A stretch of DNA of 61,931 nt, counting the filler. It is 6 parts of 6 records of this genome, joined end to end, with 100 filler letters (N's around TTAATTAATTAA, not from the genome) between each part and the next. Parts side by side here need not be neighbours in the genome. Positions count along the whole stretch, not along the records: positions 28,614 to 38,694 come from SRR31147125_1090; positions 38,795 to 44,245 come from SRR31147125_1092; positions 44,346 to 61,931 come from SRR31147125_1111; 3 more parts are not named here. One strand, 5' to 3'. A program made the translations under genes and the position numbers. This document shows, piece by piece, positions 32,297 through 45,164 of this stretch (its first letter is position 1; the number at the start of each line of letters is the position of its first letter). The notes beneath the pieces were generated by a model. It was not told the DNA's origin, searched no databases, and saw only the letters and a program-made list of their open reading frames with translations.

Positions 32297-34020
32297 ATGG
32301 TTTTAAGAATTGTTGCTGTTTTTCTAGGACTGTTAATAGCTGCCTCCACTCCCGCATTCGCGGACCAGATGTCTCTTCAGTTTCAGAGAATTCGAGGAGA
32401 TTATTCCAGCCTCATGAAATCGACCCGGGATAAGCTCTACCGGGACAACTGGCTGCGGATTATTAACGAATTCCAGCGTTTTTCCAGCGACCATCCTTCC
32501 CACAGAAAAAGCCCCGCTGCTTTATACATGGCTGGCCGGGCCAGTGAGGAGCTGTATCGGATTTCTCTGGCAAAATCGGACGCCCTCCAGGCAGCGGAAA
32601 TTTATGATGATGTAGATGTTAAATTTTCTAACAGTAGCCTTGCCGATGATGCCTTGATTCTCTCGGCAAAAATCCACGACACCATTCTGAAAGACACTCA
32701 GGAGGCTGTCAGCCGTTATGCAAAGATTATCAAGAAGTATCCCCTCGGCGATCAGGTCAAACCCGCAAAAGAGGCACTAACCCGTCTTTCTCCTTACGCC
32801 CTGGAGGCCGCTTTGAGGCCTGAAAGGAGCCTCTCGCACCAGCCAAGCCTAAAGGTCCCAGTTGGCTGAAAAGTATCCGCCACGAATCCCGGTCAGGATA
32901 TTCCCGGGTGGTACTGGACCTTACCGTCCCTGCCAATTTTTCCTACAATACCCTCCCGGGGAACAAGAAACAAAAGGTTTCACCCCGTCTTTATGTTGAT
33001 CTCCGCGATACAAACCCCGGCCGAAAAATCCGTTCCAGACATGATGTCCAGGACCCCATTCTGAAGGGGATTCGAACCGGCCAGCCGGGGAGTGGACAAA
33101 CCCGGGTGGTACTCGACCTCCATACCCTGCAGAGTTTCAGGGTCTTCGCTCTCGAAAACCCATCCCGAGTCGTGATTGATATCGCCGCAAAAAAGATTGC
33201 CTGGAATGATTCCGCTTCTTCTCCCCAGTCGCCCCGGCCACCCCCTCAACCGGACCACATCTCTCAGGTTTTGGGAGCAGTACCCACAGAAAAAAGTCAG
33301 GCCATAGATTTTGCCTCCATAACTCCGAGTGGCGAACTGAAACTGATTGTGGTAGACCCGGGACATGGGGGAAAAGATCCGGGGGCCATTGGCCCAAATG
33401 GGGTCAAGGAGAAAAATGTTGTTCTTGCCATTGCCAAAATTCTGGCCAAACGCTTGAAAGCGGAGCTCCGCTGTAAAGTCGTTTTGACCCGCACAAACGA
33501 CACGTTTCTTCCTCTAGAGGAAAGAACGGGACTTGCAAATCGTTTAAACGCAGACCTTTTTATCTCTATTCATGCCAACGCCAGCCCGAACAGAAAAGCC
33601 AACGGCATTGAAACCTATTATTTGAATTTTTCTAAAAATAATGCGGCGGCCTCCGTAGCAGCCCGTGAAAACGGGACGACCCTGAAAGAGGTCAGCGATT
33701 TGGAACTGATCCTGTTCGACCTTATGGCCAATTCCAAAATCAATGAATCGAGCCTTCTCGCCAATAATGTTCAAAAAAGCGTGATCCTGGAGCTCGCCAG
33801 AAAGTATTCCAGAGTCAGAGACCACGGGGTCCGGCAAGGACCATTTCATGTTCTGGTTGGCGCGACCATGCCCTCTATTCTGGTTGAAACCGCCTACATC
33901 AGTAATCGTAAGGAGGAAGGCCGTCTGATTAGCCGTAACTACCAGGAACGGGTGGCTAAAGGAATCGTAGCCGGAATTCGTAACTTCGCCACCACTCTGG
34001 ATATGGTAGCCAAAAAATGA
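32297..34020 (+). CDS. N-acetylmuramoyl-L-alanine amidase (TPR-like + AMIN + Amidase_3), frameshifted near 32830-32880
   Basis: Signal peptide; VDPGHGGKDPGA, SIHANA, AARENG, SILVETAYISN. Confidence 0.9.
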
Positions 34021-36723
34021 AATTGAGCCGTTTTGTACAGGAGGTTTTCCCTCCGGCCTTTTCAGCAGACAAGAAGCCTTTGCCTTTTGACGACTCCCGG
34101 GACAAACTGTTGAAAAAGAGGCGGGAGGGTTGGGAAAAAGCCACGAATACATTCTTTCGCGGCACCGCCTTGGTGAAGGCGGCGCCCTGGTTGTTGAGGC
34201 TCTCACCGTCGTTACCGATGCACTCTTATCACGACTCTTTCTAGATGTTTCCCAAGGGATCGCCGATGCTGATAACGGCTCGATCACTCTTGTAGCACTT
34301 GGGGGGTATGGCAGACGGGAACTGAATCCTTTTTCCGATATCGATCTCATGTTCCTTTATCAGGGCAAGTCCCTGGCTATCGCCGAGCAGGTGGCAAATC
34401 GAATGCTTTACCTGATGTGGGACATGAAGCTCGATGTCGGCTACAGCGTGCGAACTCAGGAAGACTGCCTCGAACTCGCGGATAAGGACAGTACCGTGCA
34501 TACGGCCCTGCTCGATTCCCGATTTATCGTTGGTGATGAAAGTCTCTTCCAACAATTTAAAAAAAATGTCCTGGAAGTATTACGCGCTCGCAGCACCCAG
34601 CTTTTTATCCGCAACAAACTGACTGAAACTGAAACGCGACACCACAAGTATGGGTCTTCGGTTTACCTTCTTGAACCCAACATCAAGGAAGGAAAGGGAG
34701 GTTTGCGGGAGCTCCATACCGCGCTCTGGGTTGCTAAGGTCAAATTCAAAGTCAACTCTCTCCAGGAACTGGTCTTAAAAGGAGTGCTCTCCGGGAGGGA
34801 AAAGGAAGAATGGGATGCGGCTTTCAGCTACCTCTGGCGCATTCGTAATGAACTTCACTTTCAATCCCAGCGTAAAAATGATCAGATCCGTTTTATCCAC
34901 CAGGAAAAGATCGCCCGCTTTCTCGGTTATAAGGACAATAAAAAGGGGCTGGCTGTCGAACAGTTCATGCAGGACTACTATACCCATGCCACCCATGTAA
35001 TGGACCTGGCATCCTCCCTGATGGGCAAAGCGGCTAATCTTGCCGAAGCTCCCAAGGCTTTTCTCGATTTTGCCAAAAAACGAAAAATCGACACTATTTT
35101 CTATGTGCTTCGTGGAGAATTGAGAACCAGCCGCCAGGAGGCGTTTAGAGAAGACCTGACCCTCATGATGAAAGCTTTCTGGCTTTCCCAACGCCACAAT
35201 GTCGAGCTGAGTTTTCAGCTTCAACAACTTATCCGGAAAAACGTTCACCAGATCAATGACCGGGTGCGCAGGACCCATGACGTCATCGAATGGTTCCTGG
35301 ACATCCTGCGGTATCCTAAAAGGGTTGCCGAAACGCTTCGGATCATGCACGGGCTTCATTTTCTGAATCATTTTCTCCCTGAGTTTTCCCGTATTTTCTG
35401 CAAGGTGCAGCATGACGTTTATCATACGTATACTGTGGATATTCATTCGTTGTTTGCCATTGAGGAATTCGTTAAACTTTTCCAAGGGGAATACCGGGAT
35501 AAATATCCGGTTCTCAGTCGTGTTTCCCAAGAAATTGAAAAACGGGAAACTCTTTTGCTGGCGATTCTTTTTCACGACGTCGGCAAAGGGGAGGGGAAGA
35601 ACCATTCCGAAAAAGGAGCGGAAATGTCCCGGACCGCTTCTCGCCGCCTTGGCCTGGGCAAGGAAGATAGCCAAAGAATCGAGTTTCTCGTCCGTCATCA
35701 CTTGGAGATGGTTCACATCGCCCAGCGCCGTGACCTGAGTGACGACCGCTTAATCGTGGATTTCGCCCGGCGGATGGGAATGAGCGAAAACCTGCGTATG
35801 CTCTATCTTTTGACTTTCGCCGACCTAATGGCTGTCGGGCCGGACGTCATGAACCCTTGGAAGGCCCACCTCCTTGCCGAATTGTATGAGAAATCTTTTC
35901 TCGTACTGGAAAAAGGTGAATTCGCTCTCGAAAAAGATCTGAAAAGGTTCGCAAGCGAAAAAGAATGGTGGCCGATCTTCTGTCCGATGACTTTGATGAA
36001 AAACAGATCAAAGAGGAACTGAGGCATCTCGACACCCGTTATGTTCTTTCCCACCCGGCCCGAGATATTTGCGATCACCTTAGAGTCGCTCTGGCCAGAG
36101 GGGCCAAAACCCTGGCTATGAAGGTTGAGCATGAACCTGAGGCCAACTACTCCAGACTGATTATTTCAACCCTTGATGTACCCGGACTTTTTTCCCGGAT
36201 AGCCGGTGTTCTAGCGGCCGCCGGGGTTAATATCCTGGGGGCGCAGATTTATACATTTAAGAACGGCATCGCCCTCGATATTCTTCAAGTTAATGGTAGT
36301 CGGGGGGAAATCATCGACGATTCGGAAAGGTGGCACAGGATAGAGGGTACCCTTGCTTCAGTCATCGAGGGACGCACTCAGGCCCATGGTCTGGTTCGCA
36401 AGCGCAAACGAGCACCTCTTTATCCGGCTCCCCACCGACCCCGCTTTTCAGCCCGGGTTGAGATAGACAACGAAATTTCTCAAGATTACACGGTTATCGA
36501 CCTGTTTGCCGATGACCGCATTGGGCTTTTATACGATATTACGCGCACCCTTGCAGAGCTGAATCTCGAGATTGGCGTATCCAAGATATCGACCAAAGTC
36601 GACCAGGTCGCGGATACCTTTTATGTTCAGGATATTTTCCGGGATAAGATCACCAATCCAGAGAAAATCGAAGAAATTCGACTCAAACTGCTCAATGTTC
36701 TTCAGGAAAACTCGGATTACTGA
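34017..36723 (+). CDS. glnD: PII uridylyltransferase / uridylyl-removing enzyme (frameshifts near 34137 and 35930)
   Basis: ALGGYGRRELNPFSDIDL, EPNIKEGKGGLRE, HD motif FHDVGKG, two ACT domains. Confidence 0.95.
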
Positions 36724-36725
36724 CA

Positions 36726-37610
36726 ATGGATCGTTGCCTTGATCTTTTTTTAAACTATCTTACAGTAGAGCGTGGCCTTTCTCGCAATACGCTCGATGCC
36801 TACAGCCGGGATCTGTCCCGCTATCTCGGTTTTCTCGACGCGGAAGGGCTAACTTCGGTTGCCGAAGTGACCCCCGCCAGGATTCTGCATTTCCTGGCAC
36901 GGCTGCAGAAAGATGGGCTCTCGCCCCGAAGCCGGGCCAGGGCTCTTGTTTCTTTACGCATGTTCCACAAATTCCTGTTGGCGGAGGGCATTGCCTCCGA
37001 AAATCCGGCTTCGAGGATCGAATCCCCACAGACGGTTCAGGCCCTTCCAAACGTCCTGTCGACCACTGAAGTTGACCGTTTGCTGAATGCAGCCGGACAA
37101 GATTCCCCCTTAAACCTTCGAGACCGAGCTATGCTTGAGCTTCTCTATGCTACGGGGCTGCGGGTTTCCGAGCTGATAGCCCTTAAATTCAAGGATCTTC
37201 AACTGGATGTAGGCTACCTTGTGGCTTTTGGAAAACGTAATAAACAGCGAATTGTGCCGATCGGCGAATCAGCTGTGGATGCTTTAAAGCAATATCTTGA
37301 TGAGGGAAGAGGACAACTCTGTAAAAGCAGACAGAGTGATTTTGTTTTTTTAAACCTCTTTGGGAAAAGCTTGACACGACAGGGTTTCTGGAAGATGATT
37401 AAACGCCGCGCCAACCAGGCCGGAATTTCAAAAAACATCATGCCGCATACCCTCCGTCACTCCTTTGCGACCCACCTTCTTGAGAATGGAGCGGACCTGC
37501 GTTCCGTTCAGACTATGCTGGGTCACGCGGACATCTCCACCGTACAGATTTATACCCATGTCACAAGGGAGCGCCTCAGACAGATTCATAAAGAGTTTCA
37601 CCGGGGCTAA
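36726..37610 (+). CDS. xerD: Tyrosine recombinase XerD
   Basis: ERGLSRNTLDAY, LYATGLRVSEL, HTLRHSFATHLL, LGHADIST.QIYTH. Confidence 0.95.
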   Translation: MDRCLDLFLNYLTVERGLSRNTLDAYSRDLSRYLGFLDAEGLTSVAEVTPARILHFLARLQKDGLSPRSRARALVSLRMFHKFLLAEGIASENPASRIESPQTVQALPNVLSTTEVDRLLNAAGQDSPLNLRDRAMLELLYATGLRVSELIALKFKDLQLDVGYLVAFGKRNKQRIVPIGESAVDALKQYLDEGRGQLCKSRQSDFVFLNLFGKSLTRQGFWKMIKRRANQAGISKNIMPHTLRHSFATHLLENGADLRSVQTMLGHADISTVQIYTHVTRERLRQIHKEFHRG

Positions 37611-37659
37611 TCAACCGTCCAGGACAAACATTGATTGCATTTTATTGTAAGAGGAATTT

Positions 37660-38694
37660 ATGAAATTTATTGTGTTGCTTGGCGACGGGATGGCTGATGA
37701 GCCTCTTCCGCAACTGGATGGAAAAACTCCGCTGGAGTCTGCACACACACCCTTTATGGACAAGTTGGCCACTTCCGGTGAAACAGGCCTGGTTCACACT
37801 ATTCCCGAGGGATTTCACCCGGGAAGCGATGTTGCTAATCTTTCTGTTTTCGGTTATGACCCCTGTGACTGCTATACCGGACGTTCACCTCTGGAAGCCG
37901 CCAGCATGGGTGTCAAGCTGGGGGCGGAGGACGTCGCTTTTCGTCTCAACCTGGTCTACCTGGAGGCTGTGGACGACGAAATTCGTATGGGAGACTTTTC
38001 AGCCGGACATATCAGCACCAAAGAAGCAACCGAACTAATCCAGATGCTCCAGGATGAATTCGGCGGCGGACCGTTTAACTTTTATCCGGGCATCAGTTAC
38101 CGCCACCTCATGGTCTGGAAAAACGGCATCGACGACCTGCAGTTGACGCCTCCGCATGATATCATCGGCGAATGTATCCTGTCCTACCTACCTCAAAGCA
38201 ATGCTGCCAAAAAATTGATCCTTCTTATGAACTCCTCCCAGCTTTTGTTTGGCACCCATCCGGTTAACCTTGAGAGAATGGAAAGCGGTCTGCTTCCGGC
38301 TAATTCCATCTGGCTGTGGGGCCAGGGGCGCTCACCTGTAATGTCAACAATGTTTGAAAAGTTTGGCATTTCCGGGGCCGTTATTTCTGCTGTCGATCTG
38401 ATCAAGGGTATTGGCATTTATGCCGGACTTGATATTATTGATGTCCCCGGTGCCACAGGATATCTTGACACTGATTATCAAGGCAAAGCTGAGGCTGCGC
38501 TGGAAGCTTTGAAAACCAGAGATTTTGTTTATCTGCATGTCGAAGCTCCTGATGAAGCAGGCCATGAAGGAAGTCTGGAAAAGAAGATCCAGGCCATTGA
38601 GAATTTTGACCGTCTTACGGTTGGAACGGTTGTCGAGAATATCGGGTCGCTGGGCGACTACCGTATTCTGTTGCTTCCCGACCACCCGACACCG
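37660..38694 (+). CDS. apgM: Cofactor-independent phosphoglycerate mutase (ApgM type), 3' truncated
   Basis: GDGMAD, GSDVAN, YTGRSPLEA, HVEAPDEAGH, PDHPTP. Confidence 0.92.
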
Positions 38695-38794
38695 NNNNNN
38701 NNNNNNNNNNNNNNNNNNNNNNNNNNNNNNNNNNNNNNTTAATTAATTAANNNNNNNNNNNNNNNNNNNNNNNNNNNNNNNNNNNNNNNNNNNN
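38695..38794. other. Artificial contig-joining linker
   Basis: N44-TTAATTAATTAA-N44. Confidence 0.98.
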
Positions 38795-41155
38795 TTTTGA
38801 AAATATCTTTTATTGTTTCCCAAACCTTTTTCTTTTTCTTCCCGGTATCACGATCTTGTCTATTTCTATCTGTATTTTCCTTATTCTTTTTAGCAAACAA
38901 TCTGTCAATAAAGTTTCCATCTTGTTCAGACTCATAATGCTCCTTGTAATGTGGAATTCTTAATTGAGCCAATATTCCTGGAGATGGTTTTTTGAATTTT
39001 GCGGATTTTAACTTTCGATATCTTGGATCTGAATAAATTTTGTTGAAAAATTTTCCTACAATAGGTAGTGCCATGTATCCACCTTGACCGTAGGTTATTG
39101 TTTTAAAATGAATACCCGGATCATCTGCTCCAACCCAGCATCCAGCAACAATTTGTGGCGACATTCCAATAAACCAACCATCTGAATGATCTTGTGTTGT
39201 GCCAGTTTTACCAGCAAAATCTCCAGATACTTTGTAAACTCTACGAATATCTTTTCCAGTCCCCTCTTCAACTACAGATTGAAGCATGTGGGTTACAATC
39301 CTGCAATTCTGTTCATCCAAATTAGTAGGTTCAACTGGCTTTCTGAAAAATTGACTTAGCACTTCCCCTTTATTATTCTTAATTGAAACCAGATAATGTG
39401 GTGCAACTTTCAACCCTCCATTTAGTATATTCGCATAAGCGTAAACCATTTCTTTTAAACTAACAGAAGCCACACCTAGAGCTAGGGAAGGATATTCCGG
39501 CAAATCAGCTTTTATACCTAAAGCTCTAGCTGTTTCAATTGTTTCATCTATCCCATTTTTCATCATTACATCAACAGCCACAGTGTTCAATGATTCTGAA
39601 AGTGCACCCTCCATCGAATAATACCCAGTGTAGTTGTCGTGCGAGTTCCGTGGTGACCAATCCTTATATTTTGAATAGTTTTTTTGCTCATTTGGATAAT
39701 AATCAAAAGGGCTTAAACCATTTTCTATTGCAGATAAATATACAAAAGGCTTAAAGGTTGAACCTGACTGTCTGGCTGCTTCTACATGATCATACTTAAA
39801 GAAACGGAAATCAGTTCCACCAACCCATGCTTTTAGCTCTCCGGTTGAAGGTTCTATAGCAACAAAGCCTACATTTAGCATTTTCAGGTAATGCTTTAAT
39901 GAATCTAAAGGTGTTGTTTCAACTCGTTTAATTCCATCCCAATAAAATAAATTAGTTATAATCTTCTTTTTAAAGGAAGCCATAATTTTATCGTGCGAAA
40001 CACCTTGTTCCTGTCCTGATTTATACCTTTCGGTATTGCGAATCGCTCGATTAAGAATGCCTTTATTATTACTCCACGGATCTTGTTTGCCCCAATGTAA
40101 ATTGAATACCCGCTGGAGATTTTTCATATACTCTTTTACAGATTGTTGAGCATAAAACTGAAAATCAAAGCTTAAGGTAGTTTCAATTCTCAATCCATCA
40201 GTATACAGATTATAAGAATCACCATTCTCTTTATTATGAGAGTTACACCAATCAAGTAATTCAGGTTTCAATTTTTCCATAAAATACGGTGCTGGTCCTT
40301 GATTGTACGAAATCTTTCTATATTTAATCTTCAGTGGTTTGGCCTTAAATGTCTCTCCTTCATTTGAATTTAAGAAATTATTTACAACCATCTGATTGAT
40401 TACAGTGTTTCGCCTTTTTTTGATTTTTCAGGGTTAATACGTGGATTATAAGTATAGTTCGCTTTTAACATCCCAATTAAAACAGCTGCTTCATCTACGG
40501 TTAAGTTTTTTGGTTTTTTACTGAAGAACCTTTCAGATGCAACTTCAATCCCAAAAATATTTTCACCAAAAGGAACTGTATTTAAATACAAGGTTAGAAT
40601 TTCCTCTTTTGTATAAATCCGTTCGAGACGATAAGCAATAATTGCTTCCCGAAGTTTATTCACTGGCATTGAAAACACCCATAAGTTATTCCTTGGGAAA
40701 AGATTCTTAGCAATCTGTTGACTTAATGTACTTCCCCCTCCAGCATTCCGATTTTGAAGCAATATTGTTTTAAAAAGCACACGCAACAAGGCAATCTCAT
40801 CAATACCTCGATGTTCATAGAACCTAGCGTCTTCAGTTGCAATTAAAGCACTGATGACATTTGGCGAAATTTCATCAAACCGAACATTACTGCGATTTTC
40901 CACATAATACCTTCCGAGTAGCTTTCCTTCTGCAGAAAAAACTTCCGATGCTTGGGGGTTTTTTATTTTATGCAGTTGAGAAGATGTAGGAACATGCCCG
41001 GTAAAACCTAGGTAAACTGCAAGAAAGAATAAAACTAACAGAATAGAGCCAGCTACAAATAACTTTAGAAATAACAGGGTTGTTTTTCTTTTGAACGATA
41101 GTTTCTTTTTAGTTGGTTTTCTCTTAATCGTCTTTTTCTTTTTAGATGCAGGCAT
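38795..41155 (-). CDS. Penicillin-binding protein 1A (transglycosylase/transpeptidase), frameshift near 40415
   Basis: EDARFYEH, GGSTLSQQIAKN; STFK, SLN and KTGT transpeptidase motifs. Confidence 0.93.
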
Positions 41156-41346
41156 ATAATTTATCTCTATATTCTAAACAAACGCAAAAGTAAGCAATTG
41201 ATTTTATGAACAACTAAAAACTTTTCAACACCAACAATCGACTAGCAATCAACTCCATAAGCCACATATGAGTCAAGCTCAATTTTCTGAACAACTATTA
41301 ATCGCCAGGTTGACAAACCATATTAAATTATTAAAATCAATAATTT

Positions 41347-42492
41347 TTAGTCCTTATTATTCGAAATGTATTTCTCAAGTCTATCCAATCCTTCTTTAAT
41401 ATTATCGAGCGAATTGGCATAAGAAAAACGAAGAAATCCTTCCCCGCCCGGTCCAAAATCAATTCCGGGGGTTACTCCTACCTGTACTTTTTCCAAGATA
41501 TCGAAAGCCAATTTATACGAATCGGTTGATAAATGCGATGCATTTACAAACACATAAAACGCACCCGATGGTTCTTTGTGAATTTTAAACCCAAGCTTTT
41601 TCAGGCGCTTCACCATGTACACCCTACGCTCATTGTAGATTTTTCGCATGTTTTCAATGTCATTATCAGCATCGGTTAAAGCAGCAATTCCGGCACGTTG
41701 AGCCAGAGAACTTGCACAAATAAATAAATTCTGCTGAAGCTTTTGCATGAGCCTCACATACTTTTTAGGCGCAATTACATAGCCCAATCGTAAACCCGTC
41801 ATGGCATACAATTTTGAAAAACCATTTAATACAAAAGCATCCTCATTAAACTCAAGAATACTATGAGCTTTATCTTCATAAACCAGTCCGTGATAAATTT
41901 CATCCGATATAATTTGAACAGGTAACTTCGCCAACTGCTTCAGTGCTTCTTTGGTTAGCAAATTCCCACTAGGATTCATGGGACTATTAATAATCAGTGC
42001 TTTAGTTTTTTCTGTAATGTTTTCAAGTATCGATTCCGGATGAATTTGGAAACCATCTTTTTCGGATACAGGAACCCGTACAATTTTAGCACCTATATAT
42101 CGTATAAAATTGGGATAACAAGCATAAGCTGGATCTGAAATAATCACTTCATCATCGGCAGAGCAAAGTACCGAAAGAGCTAGCAATATAGCGGGTGAAC
42201 TGCCCGAAGTCACAATAATTTGATCCGGGTCAACAACAACATTATTTTCTTTCAGGTATTTATTTGCAATTTGAATTCGGAGTTCTGAATCCCCCAAACT
42301 ATGGGTGTAATGGGTACGCCCTTCGTTTAATGCTTTTGTGGTGGCTTCGTGAATACATTTGGGAACGTCAAAGTCTGGCTCGCCAACTTCAAGGTGAATT
42401 ACTTTCTTCCCTGATTTTTCTATCTCAGCAGCTTTTTCCAAGACTTCCATTACAATGAATGGAGAAATATCATCTATGCGTGAAGCAGTCAT
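41347..42492 (-). CDS. PLP-dependent aminotransferase class I/II (aspartate aminotransferase-like)
   Basis: GEPDF, NSPMNPSG, SDEIYH, GFSKLYAMTGLRLGY. Confidence 0.95.
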   Translation of the reverse strand: MTASRIDDISPFIVMEVLEKAAEIEKSGKKVIHLEVGEPDFDVPKCIHEATTKALNEGRTHYTHSLGDSELRIQIANKYLKENNVVVDPDQIIVTSGSSPAILLALSVLCSADDEVIISDPAYACYPNFIRYIGAKIVRVPVSEKDGFQIHPESILENITEKTKALIINSPMNPSGNLLTKEALKQLAKLPVQIISDEIYHGLVYEDKAHSILEFNEDAFVLNGFSKLYAMTGLRLGYVIAPKKYVRLMQKLQQNLFICASSLAQRAGIAALTDADNDIENMRKIYNERRVYMVKRLKKLGFKIHKEPSGAFYVFVNASHLSTDSYKLAFDILEKVQVGVTPGIDFGPGGEGFLRFSYANSLDNIKEGLDRLEKYISNNKD

Positions 42493-42572
42493 TTAATTCT
42501 GGTTTTTGCCGAAATTAGTGAAGTTTGTAGCATAAACCAAAACAGAAGAAGTATAATGTTGCTGGTAGTTAA

Positions 42573-43100
42573 TTATGGGATGAAGGGGCCACTATGATTG
42601 CTAATACTAAAGCTCCCTCCTACTTTAACCTTATTCGATATTTTGTATTGAAGAAACATGGATGCACCACGAATACTCATATCTTTTACTGAAGAATTTA
42701 AAGGTGTGGGGTTAAAAATATCGTTCGCAGAAAAACTGTTGCCCCCAAGTACTAATTTATCGGAAAGCTTGTAATGAGCCTGATTGGTAATTGAAAAGGA
42801 ATTGATAAACGGGTTGAATAAAGGCAGGTTATTTGTAATGCTAATCGTTTTAAAAGAATTAAACGAACTGAAGTCGATAACTAGCGGCTGATTTGAGCTA
42901 AATTGATTTGCGAACTTATTTATGGGTTGCTCAAAAGTTAACTCACCAAATAAAGAATTGGGAGCAAAATTAAACAGCTCACGATAAAGAAAATCATATT
43001 CAGGCTGAACAGATGAAAGTTTTATTGAATCACTCTGCGCTTTTGCAAAGGATACAATAAACAGAACTATACAACAACTAATTATCGACTTCAACATCAT
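42573..43100 (-). CDS. Exported hypothetical protein
   Basis: Signal peptide ending AKA-Q; beta-strand-like C-terminus. Confidence 0.7.
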   Translation of the reverse strand: MMLKSIISCCIVLFIVSFAKAQSDSIKLSSVQPEYDFLYRELFNFAPNSLFGELTFEQPINKFANQFSSNQPLVIDFSSFNSFKTISITNNLPLFNPFINSFSITNQAHYKLSDKLVLGGNSFSANDIFNPTPLNSSVKDMSIRGASMFLQYKISNKVKVGGSFSISNHSGPFIP

Positions 43101-43697
43101 TTATAATAAATCAATTCCTAAGCTTATAACAAACATTTTACTTTTTGAGCCATCCAAGTTGGTTCCGCTATAAATATCGCCACTGCTGCTTTCCATGCGT
43201 GCATCAAGCGAAAACATAAGAAAATCAACGCCTAATCCATATTGCCAACCAAAAAAGTTATCTTCCAAGTTTTCAACATCAAACTCGCTTCCCTCAATAT
43301 CTTTATCAATAATAAATGACATTAATGGACCAGCATTTGCACGTAAATTAAATGTACCTCTTTCATAAAGTTTTACCCCAACAAGAACAGGTACATCAAT
43401 TGTTTTAAGATCAAAATCATTTTTAGCAGCATCAAGGGGGTTTTCACTTATTTGGTCTAAAACTCCACCTTTTGAGTTAAAGTAAGCTTCGGGTTGAATA
43501 TATATTTTCTTCATATTCAAACGCAAAAATGCCCCAGCCAAATAGCTGTTTACACTTCCACCCTCTTTAAACTCATTTGAATCAATAGAAATCTTCGAAC
43601 TGTTGTAACCAGCTTTAAGTCCCAGTTTTATCGGGTTTTCAGCTTTTAATGTAACTACAGCGAAAATTAAACATAAGAATAATGTAGTTTTTTTCAT
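43101..43697 (-). CDS. PorT-like outer-membrane beta-barrel protein
   Basis: Signal peptide, LGLKAGYN, YIQPEAYF, IDVPVLVG, terminal ISLGIDLL. Confidence 0.85.
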   Translation of the reverse strand: MKKTTLFLCLIFAVVTLKAENPIKLGLKAGYNSSKISIDSNEFKEGGSVNSYLAGAFLRLNMKKIYIQPEAYFNSKGGVLDQISENPLDAAKNDFDLKTIDVPVLVGVKLYERGTFNLRANAGPLMSFIIDKDIEGSEFDVENLEDNFFGWQYGLGVDFLMFSLDARMESSSGDIYSGTNLDGSKSKMFVISLGIDLL

Positions 43698-43791
43698 GAC
43701 TTGTGGTATTGGTTTTCTATTTAACGAATTCAAAGTAAATAAATTATTCGTTAATGTAAAATGAATGCCTTAAATAGTCTGAAATGCAGGC

Positions 43792-44244
43792 TTATAAAAC
43801 TAAATCACAAGCCTCAGGTGGCATCCAGTGTCTGTGTTTCCCTTCCCATTTTACGTTACAACCTATTGGGTTGGTTACCGAAATTGAAATTTCTTTTCCA
43901 GAAGTAAGCTCATCCAATGCCCGGTCAAGATCGTTAATCGTAATTTTTGAAGCATCACGCGGATTATCTACAGCTCTTCCGGTATAAACCAATTTCCGCT
44001 TTTCATCGAACACGTAAAAGTGAGGAGTACGCAATGCACCATAAGCCATTGCCACTTCCTGGCTTTCATCATATAAATATTTCCAGGGAAATGAGTGCTC
44101 GTTCATTCGATCAACCATGTGATCAAAATCGTCTTCCTGATACGTTTTTTTACTATTGGAATTAATTGCAACAAAACAAACTCCCTTGCTTTTAAACTTC
44201 TCAACAGTTTGCCGGGTTACTTCATCGCTACCAATAACATACGG
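43792..44244 (-). CDS. Thioredoxin / AhpC-TSA family protein (5' truncated)
   Basis: PYVIGSDE...VAINSN...[21 protein letters not shown]...IGCNVKW. Confidence 0.9.
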   Translation of the reverse strand, partial: PYVIGSDEVTRQTVEKFKSKGVCFVAINSNSKKTYQEDDFDHMVDRMNEHSFPWKYLYDESQEVAMAYGALRTPHFYVFDEKRKLVYTGRAVDNPRDASKITINDLDRALDELTSGKEISISVTNPIGCNVKWEGKHRHWMPPEACDLVL

Positions 44245-44245
44245 A

Positions 44246-44345
44246 NNNNNNNNNNNNNNNNNNNNNNNNNNNNNNNNNNNNNNNNNNNNTTAATTAATTA
44301 ANNNNNNNNNNNNNNNNNNNNNNNNNNNNNNNNNNNNNNNNNNNN
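44246..44345. other. Artificial contig-joining linker
   Basis: N44-TTAATTAATTAA-N44. Confidence 0.98.
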
Positions 44346-44723
44346 AAAAACATTTTGAGCCTTTTAAGCAATTCTTCGTCAAAGAAGTCGCCTAAAATGA
44401 TAATAGGCAAAAGAGATGAAAAAGAATTCGTCTTACCGGTTTTAAAGATTGAAAGCTTTTATACACTTCAAAACAATTTGTTTGCCTTTTATAATGGTGA
44501 AGAATATAAGGTTAAGGCAAAATTGTTTGAAGTAGAAGAAAGTTACTCGAAATACGGATTCAAAAAGATATCAAAAAGTACGCTTATCAATTGTAGATTT
44601 CTAAGTTATCTTCAAGTTGAATTTAGTGGTAATTATATTGCTACAGTTCAATCTGCTAGAAAATACACGATTTCAAGAAAATACATATCGGAAGTTAAGC
44701 GATATATAAAGGAGGATATGTAG
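44346..44723 (+). CDS. LytTR DNA-binding domain protein (5' truncated)
   Basis: KLFEVEE...FKKISKSTLIN...ISRKY. Confidence 0.9.
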   Translation, partial: KNILSLLSNSSSKKSPKMIIGKRDEKEFVLPVLKIESFYTLQNNLFAFYNGEEYKVKAKLFEVEESYSKYGFKKISKSTLINCRFLSYLQVEFSGNYIATVQSARKYTISRKYISEVKRYIKEDM

Positions 44724-45137
44724 ATGATTAAAAAAACGATTAACCATGTTATTGCAGGAATTGGGATTTCATTTATTATAACTTTAATAATGCTAAATAT
44801 ATTTATTAGAGAAAGCAGTGGTGCCCAGGTTTTGGATGCATGTCTTATCTGGCTGATTGCTGGTGGTTTCTATGGTCTTGTTTCAATGATACATGATACC
44901 CAAATAAGCAAAGCGATTGCAGTTCCGCTACACTTTTTATCCAATATGGCCATTTCACTAATTGCTATAGAGCTGATGTTTAGGCTTGCATTTAACAAAA
45001 AAATCGACTTTTCATATTGGTTTTTAATTATTATATTTATTATAACGTATGTAATCATAAGTGCATGTATACATTTATATGAAAAACTGGATGTAGAAAA
45101 AATAAACAAAAAGCTTGGTAAGAGTGAGGAAAAATAA
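44724..45137 (+). CDS. DUF3021 family membrane protein
   Basis: Four TM segments, PLHF, C-terminal KINKKL; abuts the LytTR gene. Confidence 0.85.
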   Translation: MIKKTINHVIAGIGISFIITLIMLNIFIRESSGAQVLDACLIWLIAGGFYGLVSMIHDTQISKAIAVPLHFLSNMAISLIAIELMFRLAFNKKIDFSYWFLIIIFIITYVIISACIHLYEKLDVEKINKKLGKSEEK

Positions 45138-45164
45138 TTTCAACATATAATAAAGGAGAAGAAA

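Noticed and set aside
33544..35716. Long antisense ORFs (268 and 313 aa) and many other short overlapping ORFs
   Set aside because: Shadow frames of real genes, with no motifs or RBS
29674..36723. mutS, amidase and glnD as pseudogenes or a mutator genotype
   Set aside because: Indels are small and mostly at homopolymers, and the motifs are otherwise intact
36726..37610. Tyrosine recombinase as a mobile-element integrase
   Set aside because: Canonical XerD sequence in a housekeeping operon, with no att sites or cargo
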